DNA of 64,000 nucleotides from an uncultured Candidatus Melainabacteria bacterium (GTDB lineage: Bacteria; Cyanobacteriota; Vampirovibrionia; Gastranaerophilales; Gastranaerophilaceae), in contig CAMUPF010000008.1 in the NCBI GenBank assembly GCA_947090755.1, forward strand, positions 3,901 through 67,900, read 5' to 3'. The translations under genes and the position numbers were made by a program. The notes under the pieces are model-generated. The model did not search any database and was not told the DNA's origin. It worked only from the letters and a program-made list of their open reading frames with translations. Positions within the stretch are counted from its first letter, which is position 1; every line of letters begins with the position of its first letter. Below, piece by piece: positions 27,271 to 38,354 of the stretch.

Positions 27271-29215
<1,945 letters not shown>

Positions 29216-29296
29216 ATATTGCTCCTTCTTTTCTTACACATATCATAATATAACGAAAATCACAAAATATGTATATCCTTAATGAAAAATTAAGGA

Positions 29297-29325
29297 TTGA
29301 CTAAAGTGAAAAAATAATACATAAT
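29297..29325 (+). promoter_or_regulatory. sigma70-like promoter of pilin paralog 2 (conserved with copy at 63933)
   Basis: TTGACT 29297-29302, 17-nt spacer, CATAAT 29320-29325. The same architecture and downstream leader recur at 63933..64000. Confidence 0.6.
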
Positions 29326-29396
29326 AATTAATAAAGAAAGGCAGGCTGATCCTGTTCTACAATCGAACCCGAGTGAAACTTGGGAGAAAGGAAATT

Positions 29397-30415
29397 ATGA
29401 AAAACAATATTGTAAACATTTTGACAGGGGGGGGGGGCCTCTCTTAACAGGCTTCACTATGGCGGAGATACTTCTGTCATTAACAATAATCGGTGTGGTT
29501 GCGGCGATAACGCTTCCGTCGCTGACAGGCAACATTAACGAACGCACATGGAACACCCAGAGAAAAGCACTTTATGCCCGTATGAGTCAGGCGATTGCCC
29601 TAATGCCGGCGTTGAACGGTTACGGAACTTTGACAGAGGGCAACGAATCAACGTCAGCCGTCGACACCGCTGCCGAAACTTTCGTCACGGAAGGCCTTTC
29701 AAAAGTTCTCAAAATTAATAATATTTGTGACTCCGACCACCTCGCGGATTGCGGTATACCTACCCAATTTAATAATATCGGTGGAGATGTTGTATCTACC
29801 TGGCCTCAAACTTTTGTTGCTTTGAACGGGATGTTTAACGGTTCCTATGAAAACTATGATGGTTCAAGTGTAAATGTTATTTGGACTTATTCACAAACAG
29901 ATACGAAAGTCGCGGCATTTGAAACCGCAAATGGAGAAAGCGTTGCTGCGTATTATAATCCTTATTGTGTAGGTAATTTTAATGAAACAAATGAATATTA
30001 TATTCAACCTAAAGTTTGTGCAAATTTTATATATGACTTGAATGGATCTAAAGGACCTAATACTGTTGGGAAGGACATTGGGTTTATGACGGTATTTTAT
30101 CCTACTGATTCAGTTGTAGTTGCGCCTCATCCTTCGGTTAGACTTGCGACAAACCAGCGGGTTGTGCAGGCTGAGGCAGGGGCGGCCTGTTTCGCGCTGG
30201 ATAATGAAACAAGAGTTCCCAATATTCATGAGATTGCGTCTATGTTTACGAATAGGCTGTTAATGAAATCTACAATCACTGAAACAGGAACTAATGGGAT
30301 TTGGTCGGGTTCAAAATATTCTGCGTCTTATGACTGGTTATTCAACTGGGCTTGTGGAAAATGTATGTTGAAAGACCATGCTTGGACAGGAAATGTTTGG
30401 TGTATAAATCGTTAA
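29397..30415 (+). CDS. type IV pilin-like (prepilin) protein with DUF1566/Lcl-like C-terminal domain, paralog 2; leader interrupted by G11 tract (OFF frame)
   Basis: RBS GGGAGAAAGGA, ATG 29397, MKNNIVNILT, then G11, then TAA at 29445. With 12 G the frame reads GGGGPLLTG/FTMAEILLSLTIIGVVAAITLPSL and joins ORF 29459..30415. C-terminal RVPNIHEI..IWSGS..VWCINR. Confidence 0.8.
29427..29437 (+). repeat. homopolymeric G11 tract
   Basis: Counted directly: 29427-29430 plus 29431-29437. Confidence 0.95.
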
Positions 30416-31045
30416 TTACATTGCAACTGAGCGCAGAACCATATAATACTTGTAATCGCCCCAGTATAAAATTACTACAACAAAATTATCGTCTAAGTCC
30501 TCCGCTTCCAAGAATGTCTTTGGCATTTCAGGTCGTTGTGAGGACTTAAATTTTCCTACGAATTTCAACAAGCGTAAGTGTTGTTTTTGCGACCACGTGG
30601 TCTTTTCTTCCGGCAAGTTGTCTTTGTAAAATCCCATTGGAACGATTTTTTTATCGTAAATCGGGATAATATATTTAACTTTTCCGGCTTCTTTGAACAA
30701 CATGTACCAGTTTCCGGCCTGCTGGCGCGGGGTTAGCAGATAGTACCCCGGTTGAATTGTTATTGTTTTGAAATATAACGGCGCTGTGAGGCGGAACAAC
30801 GAATACGGTGACCATGCGGCATTTTGGGTGTCTATATATTCTTCAGGGTCTAAGTCGTGAACATAGCGGAATGTCGGCACTTCAAGGCTTCGATAGATTT
30901 CGGGGATATCCATATCTTCGAGGTCTTTGTATTCATAATCCTGTGCCGCCTGATCGCGTGGAATTTCTTCGATTTGTACATCTTCGCATAAACCGGCGCT
31001 GCCCAGAAATATTCCCAATAATACCGCTAATAAAATTTTCTTCAT
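30416..31045 (-). CDS. secreted hypothetical protein
   Basis: Signal peptide MKKILLAVLLGIFLGSAGLC. 209 aa, no recognisable motif. Confidence 0.6.
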   Translation of the reverse strand: MKKILLAVLLGIFLGSAGLCEDVQIEEIPRDQAAQDYEYKDLEDMDIPEIYRSLEVPTFRYVHDLDPEEYIDTQNAAWSPYSLFRLTAPLYFKTITIQPGYYLLTPRQQAGNWYMLFKEAGKVKYIIPIYDKKIVPMGFYKDNLPEEKTTWSQKQHLRLLKFVGKFKSSQRPEMPKTFLEAEDLDDNFVVVILYWGDYKYYMVLRSVAM

Positions 31046-31049
31046 AAAT

Positions 31050-31634
31050 CTATTTTAATTGTTTTTTGTCAAAAAGCAAGCGTTGAAAACATTCTTCAAG
31101 CGCTTTGGGGCAAATTCCGATAATATTTTCAAGGTTACCGCTGTAAGATTTTACGTAGCCGGCAGGAAGTTCTTGTATGCCGTAGGCTCCGGCTTTATCT
31201 AGCGGCTTGAAATTGTTGACGTAAAAGTCAATCATTTTGTCAGTAAGGTTGTTGAAAATAACCTTTGATGTTGTTGATTTGATAACATGGCGGCCTGTGA
31301 TTGTGTTAATTAGCGCAATGCTTGTGACGACTTGATGTTCGCGGCCGGAAAGACTTTTGAGCATACGTTTGGCGTCCTCACTGTTGTGGGGCTTTTCAAG
31401 AATTTTGCCATCCAGTACGACAACTGTGTCTGCGCCGATAATATTACAATCGCCTTTAACCAGCGGCACAACGGCTTTTGCCTTATTGTAGGCAAGATTT
31501 TCTACGTACTCATAAGAAAAAACCGTCGTCGCATGAATTTCCTCATACGGGGACGGCACAATTTCAAAAACATATTTGTCTTTTAGAATTTCTGCCCTTC
31601 TTGGAGAAGAAGAGGCAAGAATATTTTTTCCCAT
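31050..31634 (-). CDS. maf: Maf-like nucleoside-triphosphate pyrophosphatase
   Basis: ILASSSPRRAEIL N-terminal motif, GADTVV, GAYGIQ. Confidence 0.9.
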   Translation of the reverse strand: MGKNILASSSPRRAEILKDKYVFEIVPSPYEEIHATTVFSYEYVENLAYNKAKAVVPLVKGDCNIIGADTVVVLDGKILEKPHNSEDAKRMLKSLSGREHQVVTSIALINTITGRHVIKSTTSKVIFNNLTDKMIDFYVNNFKPLDKAGAYGIQELPAGYVKSYSGNLENIIGICPKALEECFQRLLFDKKQLK

Positions 31635-31704
31635 TATGCGCTCCTTTTCCGCTATTATACCAGAAAAGAAACTTAAAATGAGTTTTTACATCTAAATACT
31701 TAAA

Positions 31705-31941
31705 TTAGTATCTTGATGTTTTGGTGTATCTTGCAGCTTTTGCATTGATTGCGTAGCATGCAATGTTTAGACGTTGTTTGATAGCTATCATATTACGGTA
31801 CATTTCTGCTTGATCTTTCATTGCGTCAAGCATTTTTTCAGGTTCGACAAGCGATTCTAAGTTATCGTGGTTGTCAACCTTTTCTTCTGCGTATTTTTTA
31901 ACCAGTAATTGATCAATGTAGTCTTCTGCGCCGATTGCCAT
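31705..31941 (-). CDS. hypothetical small protein
   Basis: 78-aa ORF, no motif. Confidence 0.4.
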   Translation of the reverse strand: MAIGAEDYIDQLLVKKYAEEKVDNHDNLESLVEPEKMLDAMKDQAEMYRNMIAIKQRLNIACYAINAKAARYTKTSRY

Positions 31942-32077
31942 TAAATAGCCTCCAAGAGTTTAGTGTGTTAATTCCTTAGAAAAATAAATATCCTATTTTA
32001 TTCCTATGTATATATAAAGTATTTAACTTTTGCAGAATTGCGTTTTTAGTTGGGTCGTGTTTAACAAAACTTAACAC

Positions 32078-32161
32078 ATGAAAAACGCGGACACCGCTGC
32101 AGGAACCTTTGTCACAGAAGGGCTTTCCAAAGTACCTAAAATTTCTGGCAAAAATGAGTGA
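32078..32161 (+). pseudogene. remnant of a pilin-family gene
   Basis: 27-codon ORF MKNADTAAGTFVTEGLSKVPKISGKNE. The DNA aligns with paralog 2 (29668-29720, DTAAETFVTEGLSKVLKI) with mostly synonymous differences. It lacks the FTMAE segment and the C-terminal domain. Confidence 0.6.
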
Positions 32162-32256
32162 AAGTTGAATGAAAAATTTGTCGGATTTTCTTTTGTTGGT
32201 TCCGGTAGCAGTCATATGTATTAAACGTTAAAAAAACGGCGGGGAACCGCCGTTTT

Positions 32257-32760
32257 TTAGTATCTTTTGTTTAAATCTTTCGGATTGCCGACGCCGAAAA
32301 CATCTTTCAATAACGAGATTCCGCCGTAAGCGCCCAGCAGCCAGCCGCCGGCTTTTGCTATTGAATTTTTACTTGCAAGCACTGTTAAAAGTCCAAGACC
32401 AAGAGGAACAACATTTGAAACCAGCGACATCCCGATACCTTTAAAATATCCCACGGTTGAGTTTACAAAACTTCGCCAGTTTTGTTGTTCTTCCAGATGA
32501 AGCATACTTTTTTTCAGGCTTGCATTTATTGCACTCGGCTGGGAAAGATACATTGTATCGGTTGCGCGTGCGATACAGGCCTCTGCGTCGCGTGTTTTTG
32601 AATAGCTGTCGGACTGTAAAAGCCCCAGAATATGTGCGTCATAGCCAATCATGCCTAAGGCCCCGACACCAACAGTTTTGGCAAGATATTTACCGTAGTT
32701 GCCTTTGATATTTGTTATGCAGTTTGTGTAACCTGTTTTGATTTTTGAAAAGATTTTCAT
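32257..32760 (-). CDS. hypothetical membrane protein
   Basis: 167 aa, Gly-rich hydrophobic segments (VGVGALGMIGY, LGLGLLTVLA, GGWLLGAYGG). Confidence 0.5.
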   Translation of the reverse strand: MKIFSKIKTGYTNCITNIKGNYGKYLAKTVGVGALGMIGYDAHILGLLQSDSYSKTRDAEACIARATDTMYLSQPSAINASLKKSMLHLEEQQNWRSFVNSTVGYFKGIGMSLVSNVVPLGLGLLTVLASKNSIAKAGGWLLGAYGGISLLKDVFGVGNPKDLNKRY

Positions 32761-32773
32761 ATACTACATAATC

Positions 32774-33559
32774 CTACTTTTTATCGGCCTTCTGGGAGTT
32801 TTTAACTTCGAATTCTTTTTCTACAGTCTGGCCGGACATTTTCAACAGGATGTCTGAGGCCATCAGAGAATCCTGACCGTAGCCGGAACTTGAGTTTTGA
32901 ATTTGCGTTAAGAGTTGGACGGTGAGCGGATCACCTGTTGCCATTCGTGATTGAAGTGCTGCCATCGCTAAGAATTTTACTTTTGAATAAGGGTCTTGAA
33001 GCATTTTGTTTATAAGCGCATTAAGCGCTTTGTCGTCTTTTCTTGATTCATCTTCTTCAAGTCGGGCTACTACTTCTTTGGCACCCATAAATCTTAATTC
33101 TTTATCCTGACTGTTTAAATAGTTTTCAAGATTTCTTATATAATCGTCTGTAAGTTCAACGATTTTGCGCTTTTCTGTTTTTTTAGAAGAATTTTCCGTG
33201 TTATTTACGATGTTATTTGTTGTGTTTGTGATATTTTTTGACTCATCAGCCGGTTTTGCAAGCTGTTGGGTGTAGTAGTTTGCAGGATAACTTTGTGCCG
33301 GAGCGGTTTGATAAGAAGGTGCATTTACGTTATAAACAGGCGCGTTCGCTCCCGGAGGCGTAACTGACGGGTTAAAGATTTGAATATTTACACCTGAGTA
33401 GTTAGGAACCTGCACGGATTGTTGCTGCGGTTGGGGTGCAGTTTGGTAAGAAGTCGCCTGTTGAGGCACATTCTGTTGAACCGGCTGTTGTTGAACCGGC
33501 TTGGTATATGCAGATGGAACCGCCTGCGGTATCTGATTTTGTCTTACTGAATTTTGCAT
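32774..33559 (-). CDS. hypothetical protein, Q/P-rich N-terminus and HEAT-like C-terminus
   Basis: 261 aa with a low-complexity QQPVQQNVPQQ N-terminal half. The C-terminal helical repeats are a weak call. Confidence 0.5.
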   Translation of the reverse strand: MQNSVRQNQIPQAVPSAYTKPVQQQPVQQNVPQQATSYQTAPQPQQQSVQVPNYSGVNIQIFNPSVTPPGANAPVYNVNAPSYQTAPAQSYPANYYTQQLAKPADESKNITNTTNNIVNNTENSSKKTEKRKIVELTDDYIRNLENYLNSQDKELRFMGAKEVVARLEEDESRKDDKALNALINKMLQDPYSKVKFLAMAALQSRMATGDPLTVQLLTQIQNSSSGYGQDSLMASDILLKMSGQTVEKEFEVKNSQKADKK

Positions 33560-33666
33560 AAATATAACCTACTATGAATATAAAGTGTTTTGGGGACGGA
33601 ATATTGCTATTTGTTAAAGAAATGTAACGATTTTTCATTGACCTGATTATAAAGTATAATGTTTGT

Positions 33667-34227
33667 ATGGTTGAGATTCTGGGAGAGAAAAAGATTTGTA
33701 AAAAATGCGGGAAGTGTTGCCGCTTGATTTCTTCTACAAAGTCGTATGAGCAGTTGTGCGAAGAGGCGAAAACGGGTGATAGCGTCGCGATAAATTTTTT
33801 AAAACTTTTTTTACCCTATGAATCAATTGCGGATGCGATAAAGATTGATTCCCAACTTGTGGATTCTGTTGTAGAGATGAATAAGCGCGTTTACGGGCCG
33901 GATGTGCAAACGTATTTTTATCACTGCCGTTATATTAATTTCGAAAACGAGTGTATGGCTTATGATATGCGTCCTAAACTTTGCCGTCAGTATCCAAAAA
34001 ATGAGTTTGTTCCGGTTCCGTCCGACTGCTCTTATGAAGGATATTCTTTTGCTGCACGTGAAAAAGTTAAGGCCAAAGTTCGCAAGGCAAAAGAGGATTT
34101 ACTTGATATAAAAGTTATGCGCGAAAAGGCTGTTGAACGCGGTGTGATTGAGAAATTCAACAAGCTTGAAGGAAAATTAACCGCTCTTGTGGAGAATTAC
34201 AAAGCTTTTGGCTCTTACGATTGGTGA
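33667..34227 (+). CDS. YkgJ-type cysteine-cluster (CxxCxxCC) protein
   Basis: CKKCGKCC motif near the N-terminus and a second Cys group (HCRY..ECMAY..LCRQYP). Confidence 0.6.
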   Translation: MVEILGEKKICKKCGKCCRLISSTKSYEQLCEEAKTGDSVAINFLKLFLPYESIADAIKIDSQLVDSVVEMNKRVYGPDVQTYFYHCRYINFENECMAYDMRPKLCRQYPKNEFVPVPSDCSYEGYSFAAREKVKAKVRKAKEDLLDIKVMREKAVERGVIEKFNKLEGKLTALVENYKAFGSYDW

Positions 34228-35591
34228 TTCAGAGCGTCTTGAAGCTTTTCCATTTTTTCTTTAGAGGTGGTTTCAAAATAGATTCTTAAAAGTGGCTCTG
34301 TTCCGCTCGGGCGGGCAAGAATCCAGCTTTCTCCGTCATCAAAAAATAGCTTTACGCCGTCTGTAAGGTCTGTTTTTATAACCTTTAATCCCGCAAGTTC
34401 TTTGAGTGAGCGGATTTTATCAAGGAAAGGTCTTATTTCATCAAAGTTTTCAAGACGCTTATCGATTCTGTCATTAATAAATTCGACTCCGATTAGGGCC
34501 TTTAATTCTTGTTGAAGTTCGACTAAAGTTTTGTTTTCATAGGCCATTGCTTCTAACACCAGAAGGTTAGCGAGGATTCCGTCTTTTTCCGGAATATGGT
34601 TTTGAATGCTAAGTCCGCCGCTTTCTTCGCCTGCTATAATCGGGTTAAATTTTCTCATCGCCGCGCCCACATGTTTGAATCCGACGGCCGTTTCAATTAA
34701 TTCTACACCGAGTTTTTCGGCCAGAATATTTAGCATAAGGCTTGCACCGACTGTTTTTACAAGTGCTCCGGTGTAATTCTTATGTTTTTTCAGGTGTAAA
34801 AGCAGTATTGCAATAATTTCGTTAGGGGTTACGTATTCACCTTTTTCGTTTATTACGCCGAAGCGGTCGCCGTCACCATCATTTGCAAAACCTACAGCGC
34901 CATTACAACAACTGATAAGTTCTTTTAAATATTTAGGTTTAGGTTCAGGCATTCCGCCGCCAAAATTTATATCATGGTGGAGGTGAAGAGACTCGAACTT
35001 TATTCCGTGATTATTCAATAGTTTGTCAAAATAGCCGATTGTTGCGGAATAAAGCCCGTCAAAAATGATTTTTGGCCTGTGAGATTTAATTTTTTGAAAG
35101 TCAATTAGGCTTTCCAGATGTTTAAAATATTCCGGCGCGAAATCCACTTTCTTAATTGTACCGGTGCCAAACGATGTGAAATCCAAACCGAGATTTGCGG
35201 TTATTGTATCCGTTATATCGCTTGTTGCAGGGCCTGCGTAATCAGGAATGAATTTTAGCCCGAGATATTCCGGCGGGTTGTGCGACGCTGTGAACATAAG
35301 CGCGCAGGCGTTGAGTTCTCTGGCCTGAAACGCGAGTACAGGTGTCGGAATGATTTTTTCACTCAACAAAACCTGAAATCCCAAACCGCTTAAAAGTTCG
35401 GCGCTCTCTTTTGCAAAAACATCAGCTTTGTATCGAGGGTCATAGCCGATAATAATTTTTTTATCCGCCCCGAATTCTTCGTAAACATATTTTGCGATTG
35501 CCGTTACCGCACATTTTACGTTTTCGTGTGTGAAATCTTTATCCGTTATGGCTCTCCAGCCGTCTGTTCCGAATGTTATTACGCTTTTCAT
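34215..35591 (-). CDS. phosphoglucomutase/phosphomannomutase family protein
   Basis: Active-site TASHNPPEYLG, metal loop FANDGDGDR. ATG 35591 after GAGGG; the tracked ORF starts at 35606. Confidence 0.9.
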   Translation of the reverse strand: MKSVITFGTDGWRAITDKDFTHENVKCAVTAIAKYVYEEFGADKKIIIGYDPRYKADVFAKESAELLSGLGFQVLLSEKIIPTPVLAFQARELNACALMFTASHNPPEYLGLKFIPDYAGPATSDITDTITANLGLDFTSFGTGTIKKVDFAPEYFKHLESLIDFQKIKSHRPKIIFDGLYSATIGYFDKLLNNHGIKFESLHLHHDINFGGGMPEPKPKYLKELISCCNGAVGFANDGDGDRFGVINEKGEYVTPNEIIAILLLHLKKHKNYTGALVKTVGASLMLNILAEKLGVELIETAVGFKHVGAAMRKFNPIIAGEESGGLSIQNHIPEKDGILANLLVLEAMAYENKTLVELQQELKALIGVEFINDRIDKRLENFDEIRPFLDKIRSLKELAGLKVIKTDLTDGVKLFFDDGESWILARPSGTEPLLRIYFETTSKEKMEKLQDALNHQS

Positions 35592-35628
35592 ATTGCCCTC
35601 TTTCATAAATTCTATTATAATACAAAAT

Positions 35629-36507
35629 ATGAAATCGGGATTGAATTTAGAAAATATTCAAAATATAGCATTTTTAGGGCCTGCCGGTTCTTATTCAGAG
35701 ATGGCGATGGATTTTTTTGTGCACAATTATGAGATAAGAGCGCATGCAACAGAGCAAAAAACAATAAGGCAGGTTGCGGAATTCGTTGATTCTACGCCGG
35801 ATACACTGGGGGTATTGCCTGTAGAGAATTCTATTGAAGGCGCTGTAAGGGAAACGCTCGATAATCTTATCAGACTTAAAAATCCTAATATAAGAATTTT
35901 ATCAGAAGTTTTAATGCCGATTGAACATTGTTTACTGGCGCGAACAACAGAATTTTACAGCATTACCAGCGGCGTAATCTCTCACCCGCAGGCACTTGCA
36001 CAGTGTCAAAACTTTATACATACAGAACTTCCGTACGGGATTCAGACAATGGAGGCCTCAAGTACTGCAGAAGCCGCACGCAGTCTTGCAAATTACAACC
36101 TTACATACGCTGCGATCGGAAGCAAAAAAACGGCCGATATCTACAGACTTAATGTTTTGCGTGAAAATATTAACGACGATAAATCCAATTGTACACGTTT
36201 TATTCTTATAGGTGACGTGGAATCAGAATTCGTCAAAGGAATGCAGTCTTTACTGGCGTTTTCAACAGAAAACAAACCCGGCGCGCTCCTTGATGTTCTG
36301 GAAATATTCCGCAATAATAAAATAAACCTTTCCTATATTTCTTCGCGGCCTTCCAAGCATAAGTTCGGAGAGTACATATTTTATGTGAATTTTGACGGAC
36401 ATACCTCACATTCACAAATTCTTAAAACTGTCGAAGAAATAAAATCTAAGACAACGTTTTTGAGATTTTTGGGCTCTTATGAAAAGAATGTGGTCGAAAA
36501 TGTGTAG
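35629..36507 (+). CDS. pheA: prephenate dehydratase
   Basis: IAFLGPAGSYSE, TRF motif (NCTRFILIG), ACT domain with SRPSK..YIFYVNFDGH. ATG 35629; the upstream part of the tracked ORF overlaps the divergent gene. Confidence 0.9.
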   Translation: MKSGLNLENIQNIAFLGPAGSYSEMAMDFFVHNYEIRAHATEQKTIRQVAEFVDSTPDTLGVLPVENSIEGAVRETLDNLIRLKNPNIRILSEVLMPIEHCLLARTTEFYSITSGVISHPQALAQCQNFIHTELPYGIQTMEASSTAEAARSLANYNLTYAAIGSKKTADIYRLNVLRENINDDKSNCTRFILIGDVESEFVKGMQSLLAFSTENKPGALLDVLEIFRNNKINLSYISSRPSKHKFGEYIFYVNFDGHTSHSQILKTVEEIKSKTTFLRFLGSYEKNVVENV

Positions 36508-36609
36508 GCAAATTTGTGTCAGCAAATTTGCCGGCTTGACTCAGTCGTGAAAAATTGCTAAAAATTAATTACGCATTCTTGTTTCGTTAAATTAGTCAGA
36601 AAGGTTTTT

Positions 36610-37980
36610 ATGGCTAATTCTTTGATACCTTATTCCTTTGTCCCCGGTACAAAAGCCATGGCAAGTGAAGTTAATGCAAACTTCATAGCGCTGGCAAATT
36701 CTGTAGAGGAGGGCAAACAATTTACTAACAAGGCAATCGAAAATTTTAATACGGAATTTGAAACGCGGCTTGATGAATTTGACGGAAAAGTCGGAGATAA
36801 ACTGGAGTTTAATATGTCAAACTCTGTGAATGTTTCAAACTGTATCGTAGAAGTTCCGCAGAATATAAAAGTAGAGTTTAATAACGGGACCGTAACTTTA
36901 AAGGCGGGTTCTGTGGTAACGGTTCCTGACGGGTTTGAAGAGGACGGTGTTACTGCAAAATTTACTTATCATACCGTTGAAAATGATGTTTCCGTGTCAA
37001 CATCAGGCGTAGGGGGAAGTTATGAGGATTTATTTACCTGTTATAATGTAACGACCGGTGATTTCGGAACATTGCGTGCGATGAGTACGGAAGGGGTTAG
37101 CGGCAATACGTTTACGCCTCCGGGGAGCGGCTTCGCTTTTTGGTTTGATAGGGCCTCCAATCTGGTTAAATATGTATCAGGCGGTGCTGTACAGTCCGGA
37201 AAATATTCACTGCCGCTTTTTACATTAAGAAATTCTGCCGCAAATTTGCTCGGTATAAATCAGGTGTTTAACGGTATAGGTTATATCGGCCAGACAACAT
37301 GGCTTGAAAAAGGTGTGAAATGTTTGTTTGCAGACGGAAGAAATTCTGACGGAACATTTAAAAATATTAGTGTTACCCAGCCGGCTATTACGTTAACAGA
37401 TTTGTACAATCAAACCAGCCAGATAGGGCAAATTATTTATAGTCAGACAACGAAACGAATACGTGTTTATGGTTATGGTCCGACGACGTATTTTATACAG
37501 GACAAAGTTCCTACCGGATTCGGGCAATATGCGCTCTGGTACAATTCACGGGAAAATATATTTTATGCAACTGCGGATTCAGGTTCTAACTGGGTTAAAG
37601 ACTATAGAATTATTTTACCGAAACTTACTAAAGCAAGTGAGAATGGAAATATTTCAGGGTTATCAGAAATTCATTCTTTATCAATTTGGGCACAGGCATA
37701 TATTACGAAAAGTTATGTAAATGGAACCTCCGGATATATTGTTTACAGTAACGGCTTCTGTGAACAATGGGGAAGAACGGGTGCTTCAGCCCAAACTGTA
37801 AGTTTGTTAATACCGCATAGAGATGTTAATTTCTCTGTAGTTGCGAGTTCCCGCGGTGGTGCTGCCACCCACACAGCCGGTAACCCTTCGGTAAATATTG
37901 TATCTAACGGGTCAATTACAGTAATTAACAATACAAATGATTATAATTCTGCGTTCTGGCAAACAAAGGGTTATATTTAA
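36610..37980 (+). CDS. phage tail-fibre-like protein (gp53-like C-terminal domain)
   Basis: The N-terminus YSFVPGTKAMASEVNANFIAL is typical of tail-fibre proteins. The C-terminus GFCEQWGRTGA..FSVVAS..FWQTKGYI resembles the gp53-like tip domain. Confidence 0.55.
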   Translation: MANSLIPYSFVPGTKAMASEVNANFIALANSVEEGKQFTNKAIENFNTEFETRLDEFDGKVGDKLEFNMSNSVNVSNCIVEVPQNIKVEFNNGTVTLKAGSVVTVPDGFEEDGVTAKFTYHTVENDVSVSTSGVGGSYEDLFTCYNVTTGDFGTLRAMSTEGVSGNTFTPPGSGFAFWFDRASNLVKYVSGGAVQSGKYSLPLFTLRNSAANLLGINQVFNGIGYIGQTTWLEKGVKCLFADGRNSDGTFKNISVTQPAITLTDLYNQTSQIGQIIYSQTTKRIRVYGYGPTTYFIQDKVPTGFGQYALWYNSRENIFYATADSGSNWVKDYRIILPKLTKASENGNISGLSEIHSLSIWAQAYITKSYVNGTSGYIVYSNGFCEQWGRTGASAQTVSLLIPHRDVNFSVVASSRGGAATHTAGNPSVNIVSNGSITVINNTNDYNSAFWQTKGYI

Positions 37981-37991
37981 GGAGAAAAATT

Positions 37992-38333
37992 ATGAGTTAT
38001 AAACTGGACAAACCATATACAGAGGAAAGCAGGCTTGATTTTATAGTTACCTACAACCATAATCAGGGCTTGTTAATAGAAGAAACAGAAGACGCATTGT
38101 ATGCACTTGAGGCAAATGAGGTTATGCAAGAGGGGGTGCCTGTTGTGGATTCAAATTATGAAACCCGATTGGCACGCGCACAGGCTGATGTGGAAATTGC
38201 AGAAATTAAGGAGCAGCTTGCGGAAATTGATTTGAAATCAATTCGTGCATTGCGTGCCGGAGAGAAAGATTATCTGCAGGAATATGAGGCCGAGGCCGTT
38301 GAATTGCGAAACCGGCTGGAGGCGTTGGAATAG
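37992..38333 (+). CDS. hypothetical protein (possible tail-fibre accessory/chaperone)
   Basis: 113 aa, coiled-coil C-terminus, placed 11 nt after the tail-fibre-like gene. Function inferred from position only. Confidence 0.35.
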   Translation: MSYKLDKPYTEESRLDFIVTYNHNQGLLIEETEDALYALEANEVMQEGVPVVDSNYETRLARAQADVEIAEIKEQLAEIDLKSIRALRAGEKDYLQEYEAEAVELRNRLEALE

Positions 38334-38354
38334 TTTAATTACTAAGGGCGCTGT

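Noticed and set aside
29216-29296. Search for a CIRCE (TTAGCACTC-N9-GAGTGCTAA) HrcA operator upstream of groES
   Set aside because: No match. Only an unrelated 7-bp hairpin (ccttaat-gaaaa-attaagg) is present.
29331-29396. Possibility that the conserved pilin leader is a c-di-GMP or other known riboswitch
   Set aside because: The leader is only about 65 nt with two short hairpins. It lacks the conserved GEMM-type motifs I can recall and is too small for known aptamers.
31976-32215. 79-aa minus-strand ORF
   Set aside because: No RBS or motif. It overlaps the plus-strand pilin-gene remnant, which better explains the open frame.
35530-35628. Upstream extension of the pheA ORF (a similar case is map, 59948-60067)
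   Set aside because: The extensions overlap the neighbouring gene or its promoter region and carry no homology. Internal ATGs at 35629 and 60068 match the conserved N-termini.
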